In this document: positions 41,701-55,040 of the stretch, one piece after another
How the letters are laid out: the number at the start of each line of letters is the position of its first letter
Position numbering within the stretch: the first letter of the stretch is position 1
NCBI GenBank assembly: GCA_003344405.1
Contig: NOWV01000104.1
Span: 186,001-250,000, forward strand
DNA length: 64,000 nucleotides
From: Trichoplax sp. H2
Lineage: Eukaryota
Direction of reading: 5' to 3'
Position numbers and translations under genes: made by a program
The notes under the pieces: generated by a model
Database searches by the model: none
Seen by the model: the letters and a program-made list of their open reading frames with translations, nothing else
Told to the model about the DNA's origin: nothing

Positions 41701-44700
41701 TATCGTCGTTCCATTGCTATTTTTATCGAAAATTGTCAACGAATCGTATGGGCAGTTTGGTTCATATTCCAAATCGAAATGCTTCCAGTTTAATTTCACC
41801 ACAGAATTTGGATCAACTAGGATGGTATAGCTGCAGTCATTGTTGTTTGGATAATTGCTTGGATAATTCTGACTTGAAATTATACCAGTAGGTGTTAAAA
41901 ATGTGGTATCACAACTACTCCCTACTTGATCATCATAATAAAAGTAATTGAGGTTATCATCAATGTTATATTACTTTAGACTATTTTAAATTAAGATTAC
42001 TTTATAGCGAATTGATAGTGTACCCGATTTCGTGTTTGCTTTTTGAATACATAATGATAAGAAGCATCTTTTATTTTGTAAACTACTTCCAGCACATTCT
42101 TTTCCGCCATTGGATGGAGGTGGGCTAGTACAGCTTCTAGATCGTTGTCTGACACCAAATCCACAACTTGCGCTGCATTTTGTCCATCTTGACCACTTGC
42201 TCCATTGTCCATCTGTACTTGAAGATTCGTATGCCCCAAGTATAGAGAAGATGCGATTCCAATAAATTTATGAACTAATTGCGGTTATAAGCGCTCATGC
42301 ATATATTGTTGTTTAATTAAAATGAATTAATTTAAGTCCTACCATTCATATCTATCGGTCGATAGACTAGTTTGAATCCAAGCCTTTCAATTGAATCATC
42401 GGTAGAAAAATGGAGTAAGGCGGTATTGTGCGATGTAATAATCGAATCAGGAATTTGATTTCCACAATAACTTCCAATTAATTTGGATCTGGTAGATGCA
42501 CCATCGTATATGTTTAAATAATCAGCTGAACATTCTGTATCATATTTCTCGATATCAATTGATTGAAAATCAATTTTGATTTTATAACCACGTGGAACTT
42601 CTAAAGTTTCTAACCAATCTATGCTTCGGTAATATTTTTTGGTAATAGGATCAATTGGACTGTGAATAGTAACCGTTGAGCCTAGGAAAACAAACAGAAA
42701 CAAGAATGTACCAAATTTGATAGAAAGGATCAGTCGATATAAACAATTGAGGTACTTACCCACACATGGAATTGTTGCCCCACATTCTTCCGATTGTAAT
42801 TCTTCCCCTTGGCAATCCTTGCCATTACGCTGACGTGGAGGATTACTACAAGTTCTGCGACGAATACGTCTACCTCCTTTACCACAAGATCGCGAACAAG
42901 ATGACCAATTTTCCCATGATGACCATACCCCATCCATATCTATTGGTTTCCAAAGCATTGATTAACAGACGAAAGTCCGATTAAGATCAGATAATGGCTA
43001 TCAATTATGATTATTTTGCCTCTAATGCAAATGTATTCTTTTAATTGGATAGGATATAATTATGATTAGTTATTGTGGCAAAAAAAATATCCTGGCAAAG
43101 AGCTCAATTTTCTTATGGACTATCTAAATTGCTTCAATAACCCACCTGGGCATTCGCTATAAGAGCAATTGACTGTCTTATACCAGGGTTCGTTACTACA
43201 ACCGGATATGTTGAGACAGAATCGATAAATAACCTTACGGCATTTGAAATCACACGCTTTATAATATTGCCAATCACTCCATCCTTGCGTGTCATTGACT
43301 GTTCATTTATTAAAATAAAAGTTCAGTATAGAACCAAAAGAAATATAATACTGCAAATTGGTGTAAAATTTAATTGCGTTTGATATACACTATGCACATA
43401 TTAAATTAGCTTTTTATGCAAATATTGTCGCTATTTGAAAAGAGTCTACAAAGAAGTTAAATAACTATGTGTAATGAACTACAGAATTCTGGTAGCGGTA
43501 ACTGCGCCTACGGCACTCAATTGGTAGAGTATAAGTATTGGCTGACTTAGATTCTAAATCATAAAGAGAAAAATGGATACAAAATTTTAGGAGGGCATGT
43601 TCAGTTTACGTTTCATATCGGTAACTTGAAATAATTTTGCCACTTATTCCGTGATTTCAAATTTTTAGTTCATTTCAACTTTGTATACTTATGTCGATAA
43701 TATTATTTATAGACTAAGGTAACGTTTTCAATACTAGCTATTTGATCACTTTGTAATTCAATAGCACTACTATGAACATGAAATCTATTTGTAAATTTCT
43801 CTTATACTTGTCGTTAATAAGCGCTAATACTGTGCCAGCTTTTATTCCAATTATGGTTGAGCGGTATTTATGGGGTACTATGCATGTAATATCTTATTAC
43901 GGAAAAAATGGCTTACCATTGCATGCATATAAGGTTTTAACTTTGTCAACATCTCCTGAACTCAAGCCATTTCGTTGTCCAATTTTGACAAAACCAGGAT
44001 CCCTTAATGGCTCCATAGTTTTATGCCCATTTTTACTAAAAGCATATAGTTCATAATGCATGATGGAACCATAATCATATGGTTTATTTAAGCTGTCAAC
44101 TTCACCGCGAGTGTACTTTTCGAAGTTCACCTCTTGCCCTAAAATATTAAAAATTTATAATAGATTCTATCTTAGCAGGTAGTTTGATAAGTAGTAGATA
44201 CTATCAAATTGAACAATTTATAGATTGAAGATTACTTTAGCTCTAGTAGCAATTAATTGATTTGCTGGATACCTTTTCTGATATTTTGATAGTTCACCCT
44301 AATATACGAATCTCTGTCAAGACGCGATTGTTCATGCCAAAATCCGATTACATGAAGTAATTCATGCATAAGGTTGCCACGTTTGCATGAGCCATCACTT
44401 CCAACACCAAGTATTTGTCTTCCACCGATTCGTCCAATATGGGAATAGCAACTGCAATAAGCCAATAACAAGCATACTTGTATATTATCACTTTCTGTAT
44501 TACTTTACCAGTAAATCAAATATCTTCAGCGCTTGTTATATTTCCTTTCGATATATCATTCAAATATTTTGGTCGTTATAAAGTAAAGCTAAGAAATCGC
44601 TTCTACCTGAATGATCCTTGAAATAGTACATAATCCTCTTCGCGTTCCAGAGGTTTAAATCTTAAACAGGATTTCGCTTCAATATCTAAGATAGCTTGTA

Positions 44701-47126
44701 TTAAGTTTAGTTTTGTTGGGTCATCTGTATAAGAGAAGTCGATGCGTTATGATGACATAAATACGGTAATAAAATTGTCGTTGTTAAGAAAGTAAAAGCA
44801 ATATTATTGCACGATTTTGAGTTGGCTGTTTTATCTTAATTACATAACTGCATCATTAATGCGTAAAATTCTATTTTAAATGATTCATCTTAGTGTATTC
44901 TACACACTACTAATCCTAAACACTTAATATAGTAAGAAGTGCAACTGCTCACCAACTGTTTTGGCAATTGTATAAGGGATAATTCTTTTATTCCACAGGC
45001 CGGTTACGTCTTGTATCATCGATCTTAAGCTGCGGCTATTTTTATTCTCTTTTAACGGATCAGCATTTACGATATGCTGAACTGTGGGTGTAAGTATGAT
45101 ATCGCCTTCAAAGAGTTCCGGTTCTTTTTCTACGTATTTTATAAGGTTGGTGGTAAAACTTTAATAAAAACTATGTTTGGTTTGTAATTAAATGAAATTA
45201 TAAAAATTAAGAGAATTTGGTCCACATCATCGGCTTTATTTTACAAACTCGTATTTTATTTCTTATGCTTTATTTTACCTTTATGGTTGTCGTAAGTTTC
45301 CTGTTTCGCCGCAAGACTACCTTGGGAATTGCGATTAACTTTCTGATTAATTTCTAAGTAGTTGTTATAGTTTTAGTTAATTTACCTATAGTTCAATTTC
45401 TTTGGTGATAGCAAGCTTCAAAACTGTCTCAGTCTTTCAACTATATCATATTTAGTTCAAGAATAATTCAAAACGTAATAGCGTTATAAATTACTAACCT
45501 TTAACAGACTTTTGCTGCACAGAGGTCTGCTTTGCTAAATTTTTAACCCCTTTCTTACTTAACGACTCAATCATTAATTCACTTTTTATCTCTTCAACGA
45601 GTTCAGTTTTATCTTCTACCACAAAGCACTTTAAATTAATATCATCTTTACAAGGAACTATTATTTTTTCAAGATATACTTAGTTAAGAAACGAGTGCCG
45701 ATACTCTACCTGATTTTACTAGTTTTTTTTGTGATAGTAATTTCATCAAGCTTTCGTCATGTTCTTCTTTACCTGATCAAAAATATTATAAAAAGCCTTC
45801 TAATTAGAAATTTAATTTTGTAATTTTTGAAATAGTACGTGAAATTTAAAGTTTAAAAAGAGCTAGACATAAACAAGATATGAATATTTTATTTATTTTA
45901 TTCTAAGATTATAGCTAATGTTCTATCCTCTGATCTCAACTGATGAATTATGTCCATAGCCGACCTCTTTTTGAGTCTTTAGCAGCTGTATTTTCTCTTC
46001 TAACAAGCTTATCTGCATCTAGAGCTAATGCCATAAAATGTCATATCAGAGGCAAAGAAACTAAGTTGTAGTAGTATAATTCTGAGCAACAAATCTATAG
46101 TTAGTTATTATAGGAGTAATGAGAGTATTACGCTGTTGCAGAAAATGAAATAATGATTATTTACATTAGTTACCTCTATAGTTCTCATGCTTTAATAATA
46201 GCTTTTCTAATCCACTTTCACTTTCCAGTTCTAATTAAAAAGTGAAGGCAAAATAGATCAAATAATTTAACAGAATCGTATCATTAATAATAACTTGAAA
46301 GCTAGAGATTATGATATCTTATTTAATTGCTAACTCATAAAGACTAGCAATATTATCGTTGCTAGAATTCAATCGACATTAGATATCAAAGATTTCTAGC
46401 CGTCCCTATAAATACTCTACATGTAGATATTAATTAACCGAAGTAAGACTTATCAAGCTCTGAAATTGTAAAATAAACACTGTTTGATGGAATTTAGCTC
46501 ATGTCCTTCTTACTTTTAATTAATTCTGATAAGCCAATTTCCGCATTACTTCCTTCTAGATATAATGCAAATCAAACTGATCTCAATAAAAACATGAAAA
46601 TATTAAAGCTCTTATTCCTTCCAGTTAGTGATGTAAGGAAATCAAAATAATGAAATCCATTACTTAAACTAAACTGGTAATGAAAATTTCCTCAAGATAC
46701 GCATATACTATCGGTAATCGAAGCAATTTCCTATTGATACTATGTCCGGATAGCAAGAAAGAAAATAGCTTACAACTAAGGCTACAGTAAATGTTGGCTT
46801 ACAGTAAATACCGTACTCTTTTGAAAATTATCTTTCCAGAAGTCGATAAACAATTGTACTATTAGTATAGAAATTAAACATTATCTAGTCGTAGATTACT
46901 TTATCTATTCTAAACCTAGATATTATTGTTAAATTGTAGTAGAAATAGCTATCATTTTTATAGCTGTATCAATTGAATCATTGTGCAATTCAAATTGGAT
47001 AAAAGGCATTTTTTCTGAGGATACCATTACTACCTGATTTCGTAAATTTTTGAATTGGACTTGATTGATGAACCACTTTTTTCGAACGGGAAAGCTTTAA
47101 CGAGTGAAATTCACCATCTCTATCAC
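38300..47126 (-). CDS. Multidomain astacin (M12A) metalloprotease: charged N-terminal region, propeptide, astacin, TSP1-like, TSP1, CUB, TSP1, CUB, EGF, CUB, CUB, CUB, CAP; start exon not found
   Basis: Exons (minus strand): 47034-47126, 46514-46555, 46174-46230, 45965-46018, 45710-45772, 45499-45615, 45279-45353, 44953-45129, 44607-44724, 44273-44451, 43917-44138, 43146-43298, 42760-42939, 42343-42681, 42024-42212, 41574-41921, 40786-40914, 40365-40712, 39704-40087, 39030-39392, (38864-38878), 38300-38751. All are GT-AG and frame-compatible. Confidence 0.8.
43917..45129 (-). CDS. Astacin propeptide and catalytic domain exons (part of the gene above)
   Basis: Propeptide LFEGDI and RSLR basic cleavage site. 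Zinc motif HELLHVIGFWHEQSRLDRD and Met-turn YDYGSIMHY are intact. Confidence 0.95.
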
Positions 47127-49587
47127 CTATAATCTAAGAAATATTTCACAATAACGCATTAAAGCGTTAGAACTGAAACAGCTATCGGCATCATTTGATA
47201 CGATCGATCTGTGCGTTTGACCAAGTAAAGGAACATTTAGCAATCTTAGCTGAAGAAAAATAATTCTTTAGTTTCAATTACAACTTCTAGCCATTAAATA
47301 TGAATTTTGCTATCTAGATTATAGAAATAGAGTCCGGCTTTTACCAGTTTGAATACTTTACTGTCCTATTAAACTGGAGCTAGAGCACGTGCCAATGTTA
47401 TATTCATTACATATTCTGACTAAAAGATCTCACAAGACACCGAAATGCGCACTAATTCTACTAGGCAATAAACGCGATATAGAAGCGATTTAGTGTAGAG
47501 GTCTAATTAAAATGGTTGTTCTATATTATTGTAATATTAGCTAATATTAGTTAGCAAATATAGTATATTATTTCCATAAGACTTTAAGTATGATGACTCA
47601 TTTATTAAGATTATTTTTAAGTATTCTTAAACCAGTTAATAAGAATCACTGTAAGAATCTGTTACTGGTATTGGAAGATTTAAAGTGGGAATTTGTAAAT
47701 TAGGTGTACAGGGTAAAATAATGCGTATCAAGGCCCTAATTTACAATATTACCATAGAATACCAATTTGATTGGCATTTCAGTATAGGATCTCATTCATA
47801 ACGTTACTTCTGAATATTTGTAAAAAATTTATTAGAATCATTGGAGGATAAAGATTAGAAAGATTATGAATCATTCTAGAAATTCTATTACAGTGCAAAG
47901 GGTATGGCAATGTAAGGACCACTAAGTGTTGCACGAGATTAGGATGGCCTTAATTCTACTACTATTACATGTTTGCTTGATGGTATAACGAAGAAGCTTT
48001 CAAAGTCTTCATATACTTTTCTTATCACCCGAAAATTGATGCTATACCTTAGCATTCACATTTTAACAATCATTGCGATAGCTTCTGCTAAGCTACTATT
48101 GAGTTGAGATAACTTTTACTTTGTTAGGAAAGTATGCGCGTATTATCAGTTGTAGTCAGCATTAAGAGGTTCATACGTGTAGTGCTATTAGTATAAGTAT
48201 CTGCCAAATTAAAAAGAGGTTCAAATGACGGCTTTTTACTTTAAATTTGTCATTTAAAAACTAACCAAGTAATGACTTGTTCTCCATTCGACTAAGGAGT
48301 ATACTTTTACATTTTCCTCAGAAATATCAGTCAGCAATTCAATACTCAAATCTGCTCATTCTGCTCGACTTAAAAAGGATGAAGATTTGATCCTTAAATT
48401 GATATTCTATTATATGGTCTGCTGCTAGTTTAAATAAACGGATATATCGATTTAGGTGAGGGCTGGATAAATTCTTACCAATGTGCTACGGTAGTATTAC
48501 GATAAATGATAATGTTAAATCTCTCAGTTTTTAAATTTTATTATCAAAAAGTATAACCTCTGCATGGCTAATTATATGTATATTTAACTTTAACAAAGAA
48601 TGTCGATATGCTAATTTTAACATTGCAACTGAGCAAAGCTTTACAGTATTGGAAAATATGATATTGTCAGAAGTTCAGGATGTATTGGAATGACATAAGC
48701 TAGACATGAATTACCAGAAATATTCCGGGATCTGTATGAAGCTTCTATTGAATTATGGGAATTACAAACAAGTTCGAAGATTGCATCATCTTTGCTTCGA
48801 TCATTGATAAATTTAGCAGTTTATGCAATTATAATTTATCGCCTACTAATGAATTTAAATACTATTCACAATATTTGTTACATACGTGTACCATATATAA
48901 GTATCGCGGCTGGAGAAATTACTAGAGAAAGCTATATTTAACAATATATTTTCTTGAGAAGAAATTGAGCTAATTCAAATACATGCTTTTTATGCATGAG
49001 ATGGCAAAGCCAAGATTACCTAAAAATTTAACTTACATTTGATGAAATTTGTCCACTGACGAGTAAAATAACGAATAAAGTAGGGCCAGCAAAATGATAT
49101 CGTAACGGCATCATAATTCAGCTTGGATGGACCACCGTGCGTTAGAAAATTATATCCAAAGGCTAAATATATCGATTGGAACGTGTGACAGTGTTAAATA
49201 CTGTATTAGAGTAGAAATATCTATTTTAGGATAATCCTGTTAGCCTATCCTTACTTAGTTAACTTCTAATTTTTATATACTGTGTTTTAATATAGCACTG
49301 ACTTTTTATGACAGTGACACTTATGCACATACTGAAATTAATAGTTATAATAGGGAATGCAAATCATCTACTTACCGTTCGAATCATTGTGATTGTAATT
49401 TACTTATGGTAGATCGTAAATTATCTTGGAAATGTTCCGTGGTAGGACATATCGTAATCTGACTATTCTGTATTAGTCATTACATGTCTATGTTCGTAAA
49501 TACTGTTGTCTGCATTAAGGGAGCAGTAGCTAAATTAATTAATATCTAATTCAGTAAATGATTCCAATGTTAATTGTATTAGCTGTG

Positions 49588-50140
49588 TGTGATATATACC
49601 AATCACGAAATTCCAAATTTTAGAAAAATAAGGGCTTTTATTGCATCTTATACAAAGATTAACTACACACAGCTCTACTTTAGCCGAATACTACTATTAA
49701 AGACTTCTACAACGAACTAACAGAATAATCTAAAGTTGCATGCTTTTATACTTTTCGTAGCATTCGCAGCTACAATCCGCATGGCAACCTTTTACCTTAT
49801 TTTACACATAGTTAAATTATTCTTAGTAAGACTATTCTACTGCGGACCATCATTAATCCAATATGGATACGACTACAGTACTTACGTAGACATTATTCAC
49901 ACCAGCCAAAGTACAATGAATTAACCATATCCTAATATATGATTTACAGTTCTATTTTTACCTATAGCCATATTAGTAACTCAACAGCTTACTGTATATA
50001 GTCATCTGTACTCTAGCATAGAGTTTCTACCACTACAGTCTATAGTTATAGCTACCAAATATCTCTTAGGATAAACATCTACCGTACATTATACTACACA
50101 TGGCTAACAGTCTACAATCACAATACTAAGTTATATTACA
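49588..50140 (-). mobile_element. Solo LTR (553 bp)
   Basis: Termini TGTGATATA...TATATTACA (8/9 inverted match). TSD CTGTG at 49583-49587 and 50141-50145. On the minus strand, TATAAAA (49744-49750) precedes AATAAA (49637-49642). Confidence 0.8.
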
Positions 50141-50155
50141 CTGTGACTCATGAAC

Positions 50156-50342
50156 TATTGAGGAATAGTATATAAATGCAGTATATCGTGAAATAAATAG
50201 GATTCTGAAACTTAGTGTTTAACGTAAAATACGAGGCGTTTAAGTCTTTATTGAGGAATAGTATATAAATGCAGTATATCGTGTAATAAAGTGGATTCTC
50301 AAACTAAGTGTTTAACGTAAAATACGAGGCGTCTAAGTCTTT
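50156..50342. repeat. Imperfect 2 x 93 bp tandem duplication
   Basis: Units start at 50156 and 50249 (tattgaggaatagtatataaatgcag...taagtctt) and differ by a few substitutions. Confidence 0.95.
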
Positions 50343-50670
50343 GTGTAGTCTGCTAGTAGAGCAAAAGTGTTTCTGATAGTGCAGATATCGTTCCTTGATA
50401 CGTGGTTCAAGGAATTGACTTATTGATCGTACATTAAGTTATCTTGTTGCAAAGCTGTTTTGTGACGGAACGCAATTGAAGTAATGTAAGGAATGCTTAT
50501 ATAATACTGGCTACAAAGCATTTTAAATTAGTAATTCTATCAACTGAAATGACTTACGCTAGAAATATTGGAAATACTTTTAAAGCTATCTATTCAATAA
50601 TTATCGGATATTTATTAATAGCAGCAGCAGTTGTAATTTTGAACACAGATTGGATGTGGTGAGTATAACT

Positions 50671-50745
50671 TAATTTAATTAACCATTCCAACTACTTCAA
50701 CTAATTAATTAGCAATCAAGTTGGAATGGTTTCAAGATTAAATTA
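50671..50745. repeat. Nested inverted repeat (hairpin)
   Basis: Perfect 13-bp arms aaccattccaact (50681-50693) and agttggaatggtt (50719-50731), a central palindrome ctaattaattag, and outer arms taatttaat/attaaatta. Confidence 0.8.
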
Positions 50746-51936
50746 CTAATGACAGCACGAATCCTACTTTATTTCTGGCGCACATTGTCATATTTTAAAT
50801 TTTGATCATAATAGTATAATTAGTAAAAGAAATGCTCATAAAATTAATGATTTTTGTAGAAGAATACATTTTGTAATTAACTTAAGTATTTATTTAGAAA
50901 ATTTTACCCCTTTTCCTCTTATTTTCCTCTATTAGCAGACCAATATGAAGAGTCAATAGCGAGAAATTTGCAACTTGATATGATTGTGTAAAGTGTTTAG
51001 TCACCAATCAAGACAGAAGAGTAACTGTAGAGTGGGGGATGTTAAAATTGACACGGTGGTATTGAAAGAAAATGCGACTATATACTAACTCGAAAGGGCT
51101 CTATAAGACAAATAACCCTGTAGCATGTGGACAACTAATTCGAGATCAATATAAAGTTCATTATACTGTATTTTCTATATATAGCTAAATTTTGAGGTAA
51201 TTTACAGTCTTAAACGGATTGAATTACCTGTTCCGAACTAAGTTTGCTTATTAGTGAAATACAGTGTCGTCAACATCGAAACTTTATTTATTTATTTTAT
51301 TAATTATTCTTATTGGCTAAGTTATGAAGATGCACAAATGAATTATGCATTTTAATAAAGAGAATTTATTTTGATGTAATTGGTTTTATTATGTAATTCT
51401 AATCATTTTCAATAGGATTTAAGCATTTGTAAATCTTTTAATTCACTTAATTAAATCCTTTTTTTAAATAGTAAATTTTTAAATGAAATGTAAATCTCCC
51501 ATTAATAGCTTGGTAATTCGCTAAGAACGAAGTAAATCAGTATTGGATCTATGTACTCCTTTTATTGTTATTGTAATTACTTATTTTTAATGTTTCACTG
51601 ATGAATCACTCTAAGTAAATCTTAAAGGTTTATATAGATTACAAACGTATTAACTTAAGTGAGAGGTTATTCAGTGTAAGAGCCTAGACTATACCCCAGG
51701 CTAGAGTATACAGAGTATATTTCAGACTGGCCTAGTTTATGCTCTATATAGTAACCTATAGTAGCCTAGTTTATGTTCATTTATACATTTACATTACAAT
51801 TTGTTTATTCTGATGAAGAATATGAATCTAAATCTGGGTGCTGTCTGCCCCTAATCACCTGTACTCTTGGTAATCAAGGTAAGTGCATGGGATTTTATGT
51901 GGATGAATTGGCAATACGTTTATTTTAGTAACTATC

Positions 51937-52371
51937 TGTCACAAACCAGCTTCGTGACAAGGATAACGTAAAACAAATCTCTAAATTACTATAGTCTCTG
52001 GGATTCAGTATCCCTACTCACAAGAATTTAGATGCCTTTTATGTTACGTTAAACTCAACTAGACAATTGAAAACTGCTTTATTCAACTATCTGACGGGCT
52101 CATATACCCTTTTACAGCAGCTAACATTCACAAGTCATCTTATAAAAATACTTGGTGAGAACATCTACTAACTAGCTTTTCACAGTCGGACTACAATATG
52201 TCCATTCACAGGATCATTACAGTACACATTACAGCACAGCATTAAATTTACTGTAACACATTTATAATTAGAGTAATTCCTGTTGTAAGGAACTATATGT
52301 AATATATTATCACTATATTATATTAACCAAATTTAGATAGCTATTTCTTCACGTTAGTTCGTACCGTGACA
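51937..52371 (-). mobile_element. Solo LTR (435 bp)
   Basis: Perfect termini TGTCAC...GTGACA. TSD CTATC at 51932-51936 and 52372-52376. Minus-strand AATAAA at 52078-52083. Confidence 0.78.
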
Positions 52372-54773
52372 CTATCCGTACTAAAAGTCAGAGAAACTTA
52401 GAGAAATACATATAAATTACAGAACTAGATTTCTATAACACTAACATGGTACACGGTTGCATAACTGTTTCTGTGACTGGATCATTCCTAAGAAATGCTA
52501 ATTATAATTGTTAATATTTATTATATTATGCCTATTTAAATATCAAATAAATATTATCGTAATTTGCGTAAAGTTAATGATTGGATCGTCGATTGATTGA
52601 TTAGCTATTCTATTTTAAACCGATTTAAGTATAATAATCATTGCCAATTGGAGTATTGATATTTATGCAATTTGAGCCGTTCTTAATAAAACCTTCTGAT
52701 AGCGATAATGCCAATCAAATAACAATATAAACAAAGTCATAATTCTGATGCCGTTCTATAAAGTAAACTAGACAAGCACAATATCATGCAATGGCTTCAT
52801 CCAAATATTTTTTTAAGATAAATGTAGAATAGCTCGAACTCATGAAAAATTTTTTTATTCTTTGGGTTTGTTTGATCGATTTTGAGAAATGTAAGTATTT
52901 GCATAATTTGTTAAAGTAAGCTTACGTAATACCCTATCCGAATGGATTGCGTAAATGATTATAGCCGCCAACGTAGGGGAGGGACTAAGTTAGCTTCCTA
53001 TTGCGAAAATTAATTTTATGTCAATGGAGCCTTGATTATGAATGGCCAATTTCATATTTACAATACCTTTATTACTAGGAGTATAATAATGAGTTGATTA
53101 TACTACAGGCTGGCTCTCAGTATATTTGCTAATAATCAGTTTAATTTGTAGTTCTGTTATCAAAAAGACGTCGTATATCAGCCTTGCTGCTATTACTTAT
53201 CAAAATCGTCTTCGGACAAGCTAAACAGTTGTTTATGTAATGATGATGTATTCGCTTTAGCGGAAGACTATTTGGCCCAGTAGTATAGAGAATATTGTAA
53301 CTTGGATAATTTGAAAATAGCCCATTATTTTATATGGACAGCTTATGGCCTACTAGTATTGTGGATGCTGAAGTACATTACTGTTTAAAGACCATTTGAT
53401 TATAATTATATTATCATTATAAATATAGTTATAATTTAAAACTAGCAATACAAGTATACCAATATGGCCGGCTACCAAAAATAGGATATTCTTATTATCT
53501 TAATTCTTCTTCGTTTTCTAGTTATTCTCGCGTACGAACGTAATGGTATATTCGTCATTGCACATAATAATACCACTTTACTGCTCTGATATTAGGTAAT
53601 TAATCTAGCCAGTGCTTTTACTAAGCTATGTATAGCTACTTATTAGGTATTATTGTCCGCATTCCAATTTAGCTCTAACTAATTTCAAATTAAAATGATT
53701 ATTGGTCATATTAACAATGTATTGGCAATTCTTAAAATTAAATTAAATTAAAGAATTTACAAACTGAAATTGGATCTTGTAGGGCTTTGCTAATGTAAAG
53801 CTCTAAATTCTGAATTTCTTTATTCATTCACGTTACTTAAATTTCATTCATAACAAAAATTTTATGGAGAACTGTATTAATTTTTAAGAACTTATCTGTA
53901 AATTTAAAATGTCTATGTAAAAAATGACTTTGTCTATTCGTAGAATCGGCAAAGATCATTGCACATTATTTCCGCTAAACTAATGAGTTTTATCGTAATG
54001 TTCTTTATAAATTTTTATACTATATTTAGATATACCAAAAATTACGGGCTATTTGTTTTTATGATGTACTGCATAAAACTGATAATTAGCGTATATCTTG
54101 TCAGATTGGAGCTTGTGCGCTATATCAGATTCTTCCGGATAGGAAATTCCTTCGAAGAATTCATACAATCATCCTTACAAATTATCAAATAAACAGAAAT
54201 TAATATACTTTTTAACTATTTCTATTTTCTGAAATATGCGTGGGGAAGAAACAATAGGGCATTGATACTTTTTTAAATTCCTAATGAAGAATGTTAAACA
54301 AAACAACCATTATTTTCCAGTTGTAGAACAGAATAAGTACTTGCTTCCTGCAATATACTGTATTCTCTTCTGGATATATATTCTGCAAGAAGAAGAAATG
54401 CTTATTGCATAATGATAGTAATGATTATATGAGGTTAAATGATTTATAAATATAGAATTTGGCAGGAAACAGAATGAGTAATTTGGTTGTATTGGAACTA
54501 TAGATACTGGTGGATAGAAGTTCTGCTGATGCTGATTAAATTTTAAACTAATAAAAAGACTTATTAATGAGTGCGACTAAATGAGTATCCGTTTTTGTAA
54601 TTAAGAATACTATAAAAATAGCCCCAAACTACATTACAGGTATTTCGGTAGTATGATGATTGGTTAGGTTAAATGTATTTGTATTGCTTTTAATGTTTTC
54701 AGATCGTATTTTTACTAACATTTTCTATTGTTCTTAAATACAAGAAATTTTTACAATATAGTCAAATATAGCT

Positions 54774-55040
54774 TGTCGTGTTCAGTTATTTATAGCACTT
54801 ACAGCCATCAATATTTCGTACAATCACTTGATGTAACATAGATTATTACGCTATATACTGAATATATCATATTTAATATGATATTCTTGTTTTCTGCATG
54901 TGTGTATAGTCTCCAAAACTATAAATACAACTGAGTTCTACCTCAAATTTCGCTAGTTGTAATAGGCTCAGTGCTAACATTTCCTTTCATTATTTTAAGA
55001 CAGCTTATATGCTGCTCTATAGTAGATACTATTGTACGCT
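54774..55040 (+). mobile_element. Degenerate fragment of the same LTR family as 60621-61103
   Basis: Colinear shared motifs: tacaatca, ctgcatg, aaaactataaatac, ttctacctca, gacagctt. No TSD found, so the boundaries are approximate. Confidence 0.6.

Noticed and set aside
41997-42239. 80-aa ORF from the ORF track
   Set aside because: Wrong frame. The same bases encode a TSP1 repeat (WSKWSRWTKCSASCG) in another frame.
38300-45129. Naming the protease BMP1/tolloid
   Set aside because: It has five CUB domains, but the TSP1 repeats, single EGF, domain order and CAP tail differ from tolloid. Orthology cannot be claimed without a phylogeny.
45385-45440. Additional candidate exon in the astacin N-terminal region
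   Set aside because: The frame needed for a phase-1 donor contains a stop codon.
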